Assembly (NCBI GenBank): GCA_964022095.1
Contig: CAXHZO010000003.1
Coordinates: 160,001 to 224,000, forward strand
Source of the DNA: an uncultured Arcobacteraceae bacterium
GTDB taxonomy: Bacteria > Campylobacterota > Campylobacteria > Campylobacterales > Arcobacteraceae
Reading direction: 5' to 3'
Length of the DNA stretch: 64,000 nt
The first letter of the stretch is position 1; the number at the start of each line of letters is the position of its first letter. The translations under genes were made by a program, and so were the position numbers. Of the stretch, positions 10,670-20,261 are shown piece after piece. The notes under the pieces are model-generated. The model was not told where the DNA came from and made no database searches. It was given only the letters and a program-made list of their open reading frames with translations.

Positions 10670-12619
10670 ATGATAAAAATAAAATATTTCAAAGAGATAA
10701 CATTCGTTTATGCAATCTTCATTTCACTATTTCATTTTGGAATAAATATTTGGGGAGGAATAAGTGATTTATGGTTTAATAGTGCTCACTTTGCACTTTT
10801 AGCATCACTTGGTTTTTTAACTTATGAAGCTTCAAAGAATGAAGATGAAGTAAGTATTTTAAATATAATTTTTGCAATATTATCTTTAGTAACATTTGCA
10901 TATATGGTCTCTTTTGAAGAGTCATTATATGAAGTTGCAAAAGGACAAATGAGAACTAGTGATTTAATTGTTGCTGGATTAACAATTGTTTTAGCTATTG
11001 AGATGGTTAGAAAAACTACAGGGTATATTATCCCAGCTATTATAGTGTTTTGTATTGCATACTTACTATTTTTAGGACAGCACTTTGAAGGTGTATTTGC
11101 TTTTGCTGGTATGAGTGTAGAGAGATTTTTATATAGAATGTTCTATACAAGTGAGGGATTATTTGGACCAATTGCAACTATTTCAGCTACTTATGTATTT
11201 ATGTTTATTCTTTTTGCAGCATTCTTACTAAAATCAGGAGCAGGTGACTTTATCGTTGATGTTGCTGATGCAGTTGCTGGAAAGTATACAGGTGGAACTG
11301 GGCATGTTGCTGTTATATCTTCAGCTATGATGGGAACAATCTCTGGAAGTGCAGTTGCAAATACGGTTTCCACTGGATCTATTACAATTCCTATGATGAA
11401 AAAAGCAGGATTTAAAGGGCAGTTTGCAGCAGCAGTTGAAGCAGCAGCGAGTACAGGTGGTCAAATCATGCCTCCAATTATGGGAGCAGGGGCTTTTATT
11501 ATGGCTCAAATGACTCATATTCCATTTGTAACTATTATTACTGTTTCTATTTTACCAGCTATTTTATATTTTGCTTCAATTGCATTTTATATTAATATCC
11601 ATGCAAAAGAGAATAATATCAAAGGTGAGAAGAAAAACGTAAAAGTATTACCAATATTAAGAGAAGGTTTTCACTTTATTATTCCATTAAGTACTTTAGT
11701 TGGATTACTTGTTTATGGTTTTACTCCAACTTATTCAGCAGGTATTGCAATTGTAACTATTGTTTTAGCTTCATATTTAACAAAAAATAAAAGAATGGGT
11801 ATAAAAGAGATTTTAGAAGCTTTAGCCTTAGGAAGTAAAAATATGATTGTTACAGGTGTTTTACTTGTAGCAGTGGGTGTGATTGTTGGTATTATTAATA
11901 TTTCTGGAATTGGAATCACTTTTTCACAACTAATTATGGAATGGTCAGGTAACTCTTTACTATTAGCAATATTTTTAGTTGCTGTTGCATCACTTGTTTT
12001 AGGAATGGGATTGCCAGTTACTGCATCATATGTTGTATTATCTGTATTATCAGCACCTGCTTTAGTTGGGTTAATGTTAACTCCTGAAATGGCAGCACTT
12101 GTAAACGCAGGAATTCAAATACCTGAAGTAGCTATGTATTTATTGTCTGCACACTTAATAATTTTCTGGTTGTCTCAAGATTCAAATCTTACACCACCAG
12201 TATGTCTAGCAGCCTTTGCAGCAGCTGCTATTGCAAAAACTCCACCTATGAAAACAGGTATGACTTCATGGAAAGTAGGAAAGGGAATGTATATTATTCC
12301 TTTATTATTTGCATTTACTCCATTGATAAATGGTTCATGGTTTGAAAGATTTGAAGTATTCGGATTTGCACTGTTTGGAATTATGAGTTTTTCAATTGTT
12401 ATGGAAGGTTTTTGGGATAAAAAAATGAGTATTTTAGAAAGAGCGGTATTTGCTGTAGCTGCAGTTTTACTATTAATTCCTGATAGTGTATTTAATATTG
12501 AGAGTTTCTTTGGTATTATTCAAAATACGCATTTAATAGGATTTGGTATTTTTGCTGTATCTATTATTATGCATAAACTAGTATCAAAAGAGGAAAGAGC
12601 TTATGCAAAAGTTAGTTAA
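10670..12619 (+). CDS. TRAP transporter fused 4TM/12TM permease (TAXI type)
   Basis: GTISGSAVAN, EAAASTGGQIMPPIMGAGAF, LGMGLP and TPPVCLAAFAAA motifs. Confidence 0.93.
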   Translation: MIKIKYFKEITFVYAIFISLFHFGINIWGGISDLWFNSAHFALLASLGFLTYEASKNEDEVSILNIIFAILSLVTFAYMVSFEESLYEVAKGQMRTSDLIVAGLTIVLAIEMVRKTTGYIIPAIIVFCIAYLLFLGQHFEGVFAFAGMSVERFLYRMFYTSEGLFGPIATISATYVFMFILFAAFLLKSGAGDFIVDVADAVAGKYTGGTGHVAVISSAMMGTISGSAVANTVSTGSITIPMMKKAGFKGQFAAAVEAAASTGGQIMPPIMGAGAFIMAQMTHIPFVTIITVSILPAILYFASIAFYINIHAKENNIKGEKKNVKVLPILREGFHFIIPLSTLVGLLVYGFTPTYSAGIAIVTIVLASYLTKNKRMGIKEILEALALGSKNMIVTGVLLVAVGVIVGIINISGIGITFSQLIMEWSGNSLLLAIFLVAVASLVLGMGLPVTASYVVLSVLSAPALVGLMLTPEMAALVNAGIQIPEVAMYLLSAHLIIFWLSQDSNLTPPVCLAAFAAAAIAKTPPMKTGMTSWKVGKGMYIIPLLFAFTPLINGSWFERFEVFGFALFGIMSFSIVMEGFWDKKMSILERAVFAVAAVLLLIPDSVFNIESFFGIIQNTHLIGFGIFAVSIIMHKLVSKEERAYAKVS

Positions 12620-13199
12620 AACATTAGAAAAATGTGGATATAAAGTTCATTTAGCGAAAGATAAAAATGAAGCTTTTGAAATATCTAAAACATACATTAA
12701 AGATGGAATCTCAGTAGGACTTGGTGGTTCAACTTCCGTTGGACAAATAGGATTATTAGATCATCTAGTAAATCATGAGAATATAACACTATATAATCAG
12801 TATGAAGCTGGAATTACAATGGATGAAAACATTGATAGAAGAAGAAAAGGTATGATTACTGATCTTTATGTAACTGGCACAAATGCACTTACAAAAGATG
12901 GAAAATTAGTAAATGCTGATGGTAGTGGAAATAGAGTTGCTGCTATGATTTTTGGGCCTAAAAATGTTTTAGTAATAGTTGGAAAAAATAAAATAGTAGA
13001 TACTGTTGAAGATGGTTTTAAAAGAATCATGGAAGTAGCTGCTGTTAAAAATATAAATAGAATGAATACAAAAGCAGTTGAGATGGGTAAAAAACCAAGA
13101 CATAATTTAGATAATATTGCTAATAAATTTACTTATATAAAAGCAGATGAAAAAGATAGAATCATTTTGCTTTTAGTTGATGAAGAATTAGGTTTTTAA
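12603..13199 (+). CDS. LUD-domain (lactate-utilisation-like, YkgG/LutC family) protein
   Basis: VGLGGSTSV and TNALTKDGKLVNADGSGNRVAAMIFGPK...GKNKIV motifs; overlaps the permease stop. Confidence 0.82.
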   Translation: MQKLVKTLEKCGYKVHLAKDKNEAFEISKTYIKDGISVGLGGSTSVGQIGLLDHLVNHENITLYNQYEAGITMDENIDRRRKGMITDLYVTGTNALTKDGKLVNADGSGNRVAAMIFGPKNVLVIVGKNKIVDTVEDGFKRIMEVAAVKNINRMNTKAVEMGKKPRHNLDNIANKFTYIKADEKDRIILLLVDEELGF

Positions 13200-13200
13200 T

Positions 13201-15054
13201 CTAATTCTTTATTGGCACATTAATAGTAACTAATACACCTTTCTCTTTTTTATTTAATACAGTAATTTCAGAGTTTTCTATTGTAATAGTCCCTTTTAAT
13301 ATCTTTGTAATTATTTGATAAGTCATATATAATCCAATTCCTGCACCTACATATTTATGTTTTGTCGTGAAATATAAGTCAAAAATATTATGGATGATAT
13401 CTTCTTTTATTCCTCCGGCATTATCTTTTATACGAATAACTAATTCAGAGTCTACAGAATCAGCTTTAATCTCTAAATATCTCTCTTGTATATCATTTGT
13501 TTCAAATGCATCAACACTATTACTTAATATATGAATTAAAGCTTGGATTAGTTCACTCTCTTTCCCTGATAGTTGAACACTTTTTGTTTTTGTTGATATA
13601 TTTATATTAGATAGCTCTAGTTTGGTTTTAAATAAATGCAAAGTTTTAGTAATTGTATTTTTTATATCAAAAACTATTAGCTCTTCATCATTATTAAAAA
13701 AGTCTTTTAAATTATCAATTGTTTTAGATAATTCTTGTGTTGTATTAAAAATTTGTTCATAAGATCTGATTAGTCTTTCTTTTTCTATTTTTTCATTTAT
13801 TTCTAAATCAATAATTTGTGCAGATGATAGTGAACTAATAATAGATAATGGCTGTCTCCATTGATGAGATATATTTTCTAAAAGTTCACCCATACTAGCC
13901 ATTTTTGATTGTTGTAAGAAAATATCTTGGTATTCTCTTTCTTTAGTAATATCAAGTTTAATAGCTAAAAATTCTACAATATTGTCATTTTCATCTTTTA
14001 TAGGGGTAATTGTACTTTTCTCATAAACTAAATCACCATTTTTATTTTTATTAATAAATTCACCCTTCCACTCTTTACCTTCATGGATAGTTTTGTGCAG
14101 GTTTTTATAAAAGCCAGTATCTAACTCTCCTGAACTAAATAAAGAAGGACTTTTCCCAATAGCTTCTTCTTTTTTAAATCCAGTATTGTTTTCAAAACCT
14201 TTATTTACATATTTGATTTTATGATTTATATCAGTAATTAAAACTATATTATCACTAATATCCAAAGCTTTTTTCATCTTTTCTAGTTCAATTTTATTTC
14301 TTAATAGTAAGTAAGCATAAGTTGTCAATATAACTATAAATATAAAAAGAATTATAAATAGTATATAAATAAAGTTATTGCTTGTTTTTAAAATTTTATT
14401 AGAATACTCTTCAAACTCTACAATTACTCTTTTAAACTCTTTTTGTATATGTAACTCTTCCATTTTATTAAGAAGCTCATGTTTTTTTAAATAATATTTA
14501 AAAATTATATTTAAATGCTTGACTAAAATAGATTCTTCAACACTATAGACTGATATACTTTCTAACTCTTTTTTTATCTCTTGGTTATATATATTCTCTT
14601 GAAAATTTAAAGTTAATGCAATATTATATATATTATCAAACTTATTGGTTTTAATAGAAGATTTTATTTTTTGAACATTTCTTAGAGAGTTATTATATAT
14701 AGCATCAAAGGATTTTTGTTTTTGAATTATTTGTATTTGCTTATCTATTAAGGTTTTTAGATTTGTAAGTTTTATATATAGTTCATTGTTTTCAATTTTT
14801 TGTAGGTTTTTGAAAAGATCATTTATTTCTGAAATATTCTTTTCTACTAAATCATAGTTTTTATATTGGCTATGACTTTTTGTAAATATTAGTAAATTAG
14901 TATTTAATCTTGATATCTCTGCAATTTTATTATTTAATATTAAATTTGTTTTTATGTCTTTATTTGAATGAAATAAATTATATATTATTGCAAGAGTAAT
15001 AATAATTAAAAAGATGATTAATAATGTGAATTTTTTCATTTTAAGTCTTTTCAC
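13201..15054 (-). CDS. PAS sensor histidine kinase with a helical periplasmic domain (start may be ATG at 15039)
   Basis: Two TMs; PAS (YVNKGF...WKGEFINKNKNG); H-box ISHQWRQPL; DNAGGI; YFTTK; GIGLY. Confidence 0.88.
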   Translation of the reverse strand: MKRLKMKKFTLLIIFLIIITLAIIYNLFHSNKDIKTNLILNNKIAEISRLNTNLLIFTKSHSQYKNYDLVEKNISEINDLFKNLQKIENNELYIKLTNLKTLIDKQIQIIQKQKSFDAIYNNSLRNVQKIKSSIKTNKFDNIYNIALTLNFQENIYNQEIKKELESISVYSVEESILVKHLNIIFKYYLKKHELLNKMEELHIQKEFKRVIVEFEEYSNKILKTSNNFIYILFIILFIFIVILTTYAYLLLRNKIELEKMKKALDISDNIVLITDINHKIKYVNKGFENNTGFKKEEAIGKSPSLFSSGELDTGFYKNLHKTIHEGKEWKGEFINKNKNGDLVYEKSTITPIKDENDNIVEFLAIKLDITKEREYQDIFLQQSKMASMGELLENISHQWRQPLSIISSLSSAQIIDLEINEKIEKERLIRSYEQIFNTTQELSKTIDNLKDFFNNDEELIVFDIKNTITKTLHLFKTKLELSNINISTKTKSVQLSGKESELIQALIHILSNSVDAFETNDIQERYLEIKADSVDSELVIRIKDNAGGIKEDIIHNIFDLYFTTKHKYVGAGIGLYMTYQIITKILKGTITIENSEITVLNKKEKGVLVTINVPIKN

Positions 15055-15972
15055 CTAAATATTTGGCTTTTCACCTGTAAGTGTCTTTAGAAACTCTTCA
15101 ATATATTCTATATCTTGTTTTGTGTAGATTGCTCCAATTTGATACTTTAACATAACTTCAATGACCTCTTTTAGACTTTTTACTGAACCGTCGTGTAAAT
15201 ATGGAGATGTTAATTCAATATTTCTTAATGTTGGAACTTTAAAGTAAAACTTATCTTCTTCCTCTTTTGTTAGATTATATCTTCCAAAGTGTTTATTTTC
15301 ATTGGGAAAATAATCTGAAATAATACCTACTTTTTGAAATAGGTTTCCTCCAATATTTCTTCCATTATGGCATGAAATACATCCATACTCTTGAAATAAT
15401 TTATATCCAATTTTCTCTTTTTTTGTTAATATCTCTTTTTGTCCTTTTAGATATTTATCAAATTTTGAATTAGGTGTTATTAAAGCCTTTTCAAACTCCA
15501 CAATTGAATTAATGATATTTTCTTTAGTGATGGGTGAGTTATATATACTTTTAAACTCTTTTATATAGTTACTATTTTTTGAAAGTTTTTTTATGATTTC
15601 AGGAAAACTACTCCCCATTTCTAGAGGGTTGTGTATTGGATTAATCATTTGTTTTTCTAAGCTTTTTTCTCTTCCATCCCAAGATTGCGCAAAATTATAC
15701 TTACTATTTAAAATCGTAGGGACATTAAAAGTTCCCTTAAAGCCATTTATCCCAATTGCAATTTTGTTTTTATTTGCACCACCATTGTATATATCATGGC
15801 ATGAAGCACATGAAATCGTATTATCAGCACTAAATTTTTTCTCAAAGAATAGTTTTTTCCCTAGTGAAACTTTTTTAGGATCTAATTTATGTGTATCATT
15901 TGGTATAGGAGTTATAATACTTTTACTTAATAACAATGAAAAAGAAAATAAAACTATAAGTAATTTATTCAT
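15055..15972 (-). CDS. Dihaem cytochrome c peroxidase family protein
   Basis: Signal peptide; CASCH and CISCH haem motifs; LGKKLFF, WDGR and FKVPTLRNIELTSPYLHDG motifs. Confidence 0.9.
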   Translation of the reverse strand: MNKLLIVLFSFSLLLSKSIITPIPNDTHKLDPKKVSLGKKLFFEKKFSADNTISCASCHDIYNGGANKNKIAIGINGFKGTFNVPTILNSKYNFAQSWDGREKSLEKQMINPIHNPLEMGSSFPEIIKKLSKNSNYIKEFKSIYNSPITKENIINSIVEFEKALITPNSKFDKYLKGQKEILTKKEKIGYKLFQEYGCISCHNGRNIGGNLFQKVGIISDYFPNENKHFGRYNLTKEEEDKFYFKVPTLRNIELTSPYLHDGSVKSLKEVIEVMLKYQIGAIYTKQDIEYIEEFLKTLTGEKPNI

Positions 15973-15993
15973 AATAGATATTCTATCACAGGT

Positions 15994-16905
15994 TTATGTA
16001 AATATATTTAAAAATAGTATTATGAATAAAGCAGAGATAATTGTTTGTATCGTTATTATTGATGTCATTAGACTTAAATCTCCGCCTAGTTGCCTAGCAA
16101 GTATAAAAGAGCTAGGTGCAGTTGGTAAAACTCCAAATAAAACTAAAATAGTAAGCATCATATTATTTACTTCTAGTATCGTTCCAAATATAAAAATTAA
16201 AACTGGTAAAATCAAAAACTTACCAATACATGTAATAAATAAGTCTTTTTTTGCACTTTTTATCTCTTTTAGTACTAGTGCATATCCAACTGATAAAAGT
16301 CCAAGTGGAAGTGCCGCTTTACTTAAAATTTCAAGTAAATTTTCAAGACTTACATGAAAAGTTATATCTAGAAAGTTGATACTTCCTCCAATAAAACAAG
16401 CAATTATTAGTGGATTTGTAATTATAGACTTTACTAAATATTTAAAATCTAATTTATCATTATCACTGTAAAGTGCAAAAATAGTTACACAAATTACATT
16501 TATAAATGGAATAGCAAATGTAAGTATAATTGCTGATAAAATTAGACCTTCATCACCAAATATTGAACCACTTAAAGCTAAAAACACATACGTGTTAAAT
16601 CTAATACCTCCTTGAACAATAGAAGTAAAAGAACTATTTTTAGTAGGGCTAAGTTTATTAAAAAGCATTAATACAGCCATTGTAAAAAATATTGCAAGAA
16701 GTGATGCTAAAACAAAATTTATACTATTAGCGTGAAATTGTGCACTTGAAAGTTTATATATTAAAAGTGATGGCATTAAAACATAGTATGTTAATTTATC
16801 GGCCATTGGCCAAAACTCATGGGATGGAAAACTAATTCTTTTAAAAAAGTATCCAATTAATATCAATGAAAAGACTGGAATTAGTGCTGAAAATATATGT
16901 ATCAT
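15994..16905 (-). CDS. AEC (auxin efflux carrier) family transporter
   Basis: YYVLMPSL, RFNTY, NPLI and PTAPSSFILARQLGGD motifs; about 10 TMs. Confidence 0.88.
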   Translation of the reverse strand: MIHIFSALIPVFSLILIGYFFKRISFPSHEFWPMADKLTYYVLMPSLLIYKLSSAQFHANSINFVLASLLAIFFTMAVLMLFNKLSPTKNSSFTSIVQGGIRFNTYVFLALSGSIFGDEGLILSAIILTFAIPFINVICVTIFALYSDNDKLDFKYLVKSIITNPLIIACFIGGSINFLDITFHVSLENLLEILSKAALPLGLLSVGYALVLKEIKSAKKDLFITCIGKFLILPVLIFIFGTILEVNNMMLTILVLFGVLPTAPSSFILARQLGGDLSLMTSIITIQTIISALFIILFLNIFT

Positions 16906-16938
16906 GTGGATATAATATCAAACAAATCATTAAGTTTT

Positions 16939-16970
16939 CACACTTTTAGCACTCTTTTGAATGTTAAACT
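16939..16970 (+). promoter_or_regulatory. Promoter with direct repeat CACACTTTT-AG-CACTCTTTT and extended -10 TGnTAAACT
   Basis: 11-bp period; a related box lies upstream of aspA with the same spacing to -10. Confidence 0.55.
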
Positions 16971-16994
16971 TTCACAAATTAAAAAGGAGACATA

Positions 16995-18443
16995 ATGTTA
17001 GCTGAAATTAATTCGTTTATGAATGACTTAATCTGGGGTAATATATTAATTTATTTATTACCAATTTTAGGAATATTTTTCACAATTAGTTCTAGGTTTG
17101 TTCAATTTAGATACTTTTTTAAAATGTTTAACATTTTAAGAGATACTGCACATGATAAAGAGGGGCATATTAGTTCTTTTCAAGCTTTAATGCTAAGTGT
17201 TGCAGGTAGAGTTGGTGGAGGAAATATTGCAGGTGTTGCTGTTGCTATTACTCTTGGAGGTCCAGGTGCAGTATTTTGGATGTGGCTAATTGGACTAATT
17301 GGTATGGCTACGAGTTTCTTTGAGTGTTCTTTAGCACAATTATATAAAGAAAAAGATGGCGTAGATTGTAAAGTATATAGAGGAGGGCCTGCCTATTATG
17401 CTACTAAGGCATTAGGTCAAAGATGGCTTGGTATAGTTATCTCAATTTTACTTATGATTACATTTGGATTTGCATTTAATGCAACTCAATCATTTATTAT
17501 TACTACATCAATTGAATCTTCATTTTCAATTCCTACTTATGTAACTGGAGTTTTATTAACATTTGTTTTTGCTATTGCAGTATTTGGTGGAATTAAAAGA
17601 ATTACGAAACTATCAGAAGTTATTGTTCCTATTATGGCTGTTAGTTATTTACTTATTGCAGTAGTTGTAATTACTTTAAATATTGAAAAAATTCCTGATT
17701 TATTTATGCTAATTGTAAATGAAGCCTTTAACCCAAGTACAGCAATTGCTGGTGGTATTGGTGCAGTTATTTTACAAGGTGCAAAAAGAGGTATGTTCTC
17801 AAATGAAGCAGGACTTGGAAGTGCACCTAATGTTGCAGCAGTTGCTTATGTAGCACACCCAGTACAACAAGGTATTGTTCAGTCATTCTCAGTATTTATT
17901 GATACAATTATCTTATGTTCTTGTACAGCATTTATTATTCTTTTATCTGGTGTTTATGTTCCAGGTAGTGAAGGTGTTCAAGGTGTTTTATTAACTCAAA
18001 ATGCATTAATTGAGCATATTGGGCCATTTGGTGGATACTTTGTTACATTTGCATTGTTATTATTTGGTTTTTCTTCAATGTTATATAACTACTACTTAGC
18101 AGAAAATAGTCTTAACTTTTTCTCAAAAGGAAATGTGACACTATTTAATGCTTTTAGAGTATTTTGTATAGTTTTAATTATTTGGGGTTCAATGCAAGAT
18201 TTAGGTTCTATTTTTACATTTGCTGATTTATCTATGGGATTATTAGCTGTTATAAATATGATTGTAATTGCATTATTATATAAACCAGTTCTAGCATTGA
18301 TTAAAGGTTATGATAAACAAATTAAAGAGGGTAAAAAACCAGTTTTAAGATATAATAATTATAATGAATTTAATATTGATGAAGATACTTGGAAAGAAAT
18401 CGTTGATAATATTAATGATACAAGATCTAAAGAAAAAGTGTAA
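16995..18443 (+). CDS. Alanine/glycine:cation symporter (AGCS) family protein
   Basis: GRVGGGNIAGVA, GGPGAVFWMW, RGGPAYY and KRGMFSNEAGLGS motifs. Confidence 0.93.
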   Translation: MLAEINSFMNDLIWGNILIYLLPILGIFFTISSRFVQFRYFFKMFNILRDTAHDKEGHISSFQALMLSVAGRVGGGNIAGVAVAITLGGPGAVFWMWLIGLIGMATSFFECSLAQLYKEKDGVDCKVYRGGPAYYATKALGQRWLGIVISILLMITFGFAFNATQSFIITTSIESSFSIPTYVTGVLLTFVFAIAVFGGIKRITKLSEVIVPIMAVSYLLIAVVVITLNIEKIPDLFMLIVNEAFNPSTAIAGGIGAVILQGAKRGMFSNEAGLGSAPNVAAVAYVAHPVQQGIVQSFSVFIDTIILCSCTAFIILLSGVYVPGSEGVQGVLLTQNALIEHIGPFGGYFVTFALLLFGFSSMLYNYYLAENSLNFFSKGNVTLFNAFRVFCIVLIIWGSMQDLGSIFTFADLSMGLLAVINMIVIALLYKPVLALIKGYDKQIKEGKKPVLRYNNYNEFNIDEDTWKEIVDNINDTRSKEKV

Positions 18444-18460
18444 GCACTAGGCTTACACTT
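18436..18460 (+). terminator. Hairpin after the symporter gene
   Basis: AAGTGTAAGC-ACTAG-GCTTACACTT, perfect 10-bp stem; weak U-tract. Confidence 0.55.
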
Positions 18461-18476
18461 GATGTTGAGGTGAAAT

Positions 18477-19583
18477 ATGTTTAATAAAGAAGGAATACCT
18501 TTTTTTATAATTACAATTCCATTTTTATGTGTTATATTTATAGCCGTATTCTCAACATCATACTATTTGAAAGTTACTCAAGAAAACTTTGAAAAACAAA
18601 AACAAGAAATAATATTAAACTTCCCAAATAAAGCACAACAGATAATTCAAAAAAAGAGTGACGATCTAAAAAAACAACATAATGATTTTCAAAATTTTAT
18701 GTTAACTATGACAACTATTTTATTGGTTTTTTTAGCTCTTTTCTCTTATTTAATGATGACTATCATTCAAGATTTAATTAAAAAATATGTAGACAAAGTA
18801 AATTTAAAAGAGAAAAAATTACAGCATTTAAATAAAAATTTAGAAACAAAAGTTCAAGCAGGTATTCTAGAAGCAAAACAAAAAGATAGAAAAATTTTAG
18901 AACAAGCTAAATTAGCAAGAATTGGTTCTTTAATTAGTATGATAGCTCATCAATGGAGACAACCTTTAAGTCAATTAAGTGCAATTTTAATGCAACTTGA
19001 AACTGCTACAAGATTTAAAAAAGTGAATGAAGAACACATATATAAAGCTATTGAAAAAAGCGATGAAATGATTGAATTTATGTCAAATACAATCGATGAT
19101 TTTAGAAATTTTTATAAGCCTGATAAAACAAAAGAGGAGTTTTTATTATCAGATTCATGTAAAAAAGCAATAAGTATTATTGATGCAACTCTATATAATT
19201 TGGATATAAAACTTAATATAAATGTTATTGATGATAAAAAGATATTTGGCTACCCAACTGAGTTTTCACAAGTAATTTTAAATATTTTATCAAATGCCAA
19301 AGATATTTTAGTAGAAAAGAAAATTCAGAACCCTACAATCAATCTAAGTATTGAAAAAAAAGGAATTTTGGGAATTATAGAAATAGAAGACAACGCAGGT
19401 GGTATTAGTGAAAAAAATTTGGAGCTAATTTTTGATCCTTATTTTAGTACAAAAGACTCTTCAAAAGGCACAGGTCTTGGTCTTTATGTTTCAAAATTAA
19501 TTGTTGAAAAAAATATGGGTGGAGAGCTAAGTGTCCATAATAGTAAAAATGGTGCAGTTTTTAAGATAATAATAGCAGGATAG
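18477..19583 (+). CDS. Histidine kinase with a very short extracytoplasmic loop
   Basis: Two TMs about 40 aa apart; IAHQWRQPL; EDNAGGI; GTGLGL. Confidence 0.9.
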   Translation: MFNKEGIPFFIITIPFLCVIFIAVFSTSYYLKVTQENFEKQKQEIILNFPNKAQQIIQKKSDDLKKQHNDFQNFMLTMTTILLVFLALFSYLMMTIIQDLIKKYVDKVNLKEKKLQHLNKNLETKVQAGILEAKQKDRKILEQAKLARIGSLISMIAHQWRQPLSQLSAILMQLETATRFKKVNEEHIYKAIEKSDEMIEFMSNTIDDFRNFYKPDKTKEEFLLSDSCKKAISIIDATLYNLDIKLNINVIDDKKIFGYPTEFSQVILNILSNAKDILVEKKIQNPTINLSIEKKGILGIIEIEDNAGGISEKNLELIFDPYFSTKDSSKGTGLGLYVSKLIVEKNMGGELSVHNSKNGAVFKIIIAG

Positions 19584-19586
19584 ATT

Positions 19587-20261
19587 ATGAATACATTTGA
19601 TTTAGAAGAATTAAAAGATATGTCAATACTTTGTGTTGAAGATGAAGAGGGTATTAGACAAAATATAGTTAAGACTTTAGAATTTTATTTTAATAATGTA
19701 TATGAAGCTAGTGATGGAATTGAGGGCTTTGAACTATATGAATATTATAGACCAAAAATAGTTTTAACAGATATTCAAATGAAAAACTCAGATGGTATTG
19801 AGCTTGTAAAAAAAATTAGAGAAAATGATCCAAAAACTATTGTAATAATGCTTACTGCTCATTCCAATGAAGAGTATTTACTTGAGCTTATAAATTTAAA
19901 TATTAGTCATTTTATTTTAAAACCATTAAATACAAAAAAACTAAATGAGGCTTTTTCTAAAATTCTTACAAAACAAGATAATCAAATACTTTTAAATGAA
20001 GATTTAATATTAGATTTGAAAAAAAGAGAGCTTATTTATAAAGAAGAAATTATATTTTTAAGAAAAAGGGAGAAGGATTTTCTAAGTCTTTTATTTAGTA
20101 AAAAAGGCTCTATTTTAACTTATGAGGAAATAGAGTTTGAAATTTGGCAAGACAAAGAGATGACAAATCATGCTTTAAAATCTTTAGTAAAAGAGATTAG
20201 AAATAAACTACCAATAAATGTGATAAAAAATGTTCCCCAAGAGGGCTATACTTTAGTTTAA
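19587..20261 (+). CDS. OmpR-family response regulator
   Basis: LCVEDE, LTDIQM and KP motifs; winged helix (LKSLVKEIRNKL...EGY). Confidence 0.92.
   Translation: MNTFDLEELKDMSILCVEDEEGIRQNIVKTLEFYFNNVYEASDGIEGFELYEYYRPKIVLTDIQMKNSDGIELVKKIRENDPKTIVIMLTAHSNEEYLLELINLNISHFILKPLNTKKLNEAFSKILTKQDNQILLNEDLILDLKKRELIYKEEIIFLRKREKDFLSLLFSKKGSILTYEEIEFEIWQDKEMTNHALKSLVKEIRNKLPINVIKNVPQEGYTLV

Noticed and set aside
15593-16357. 254-aa plus-strand ORF
   Set aside because: Antisense shadow of the peroxidase and AEC genes; no motifs.
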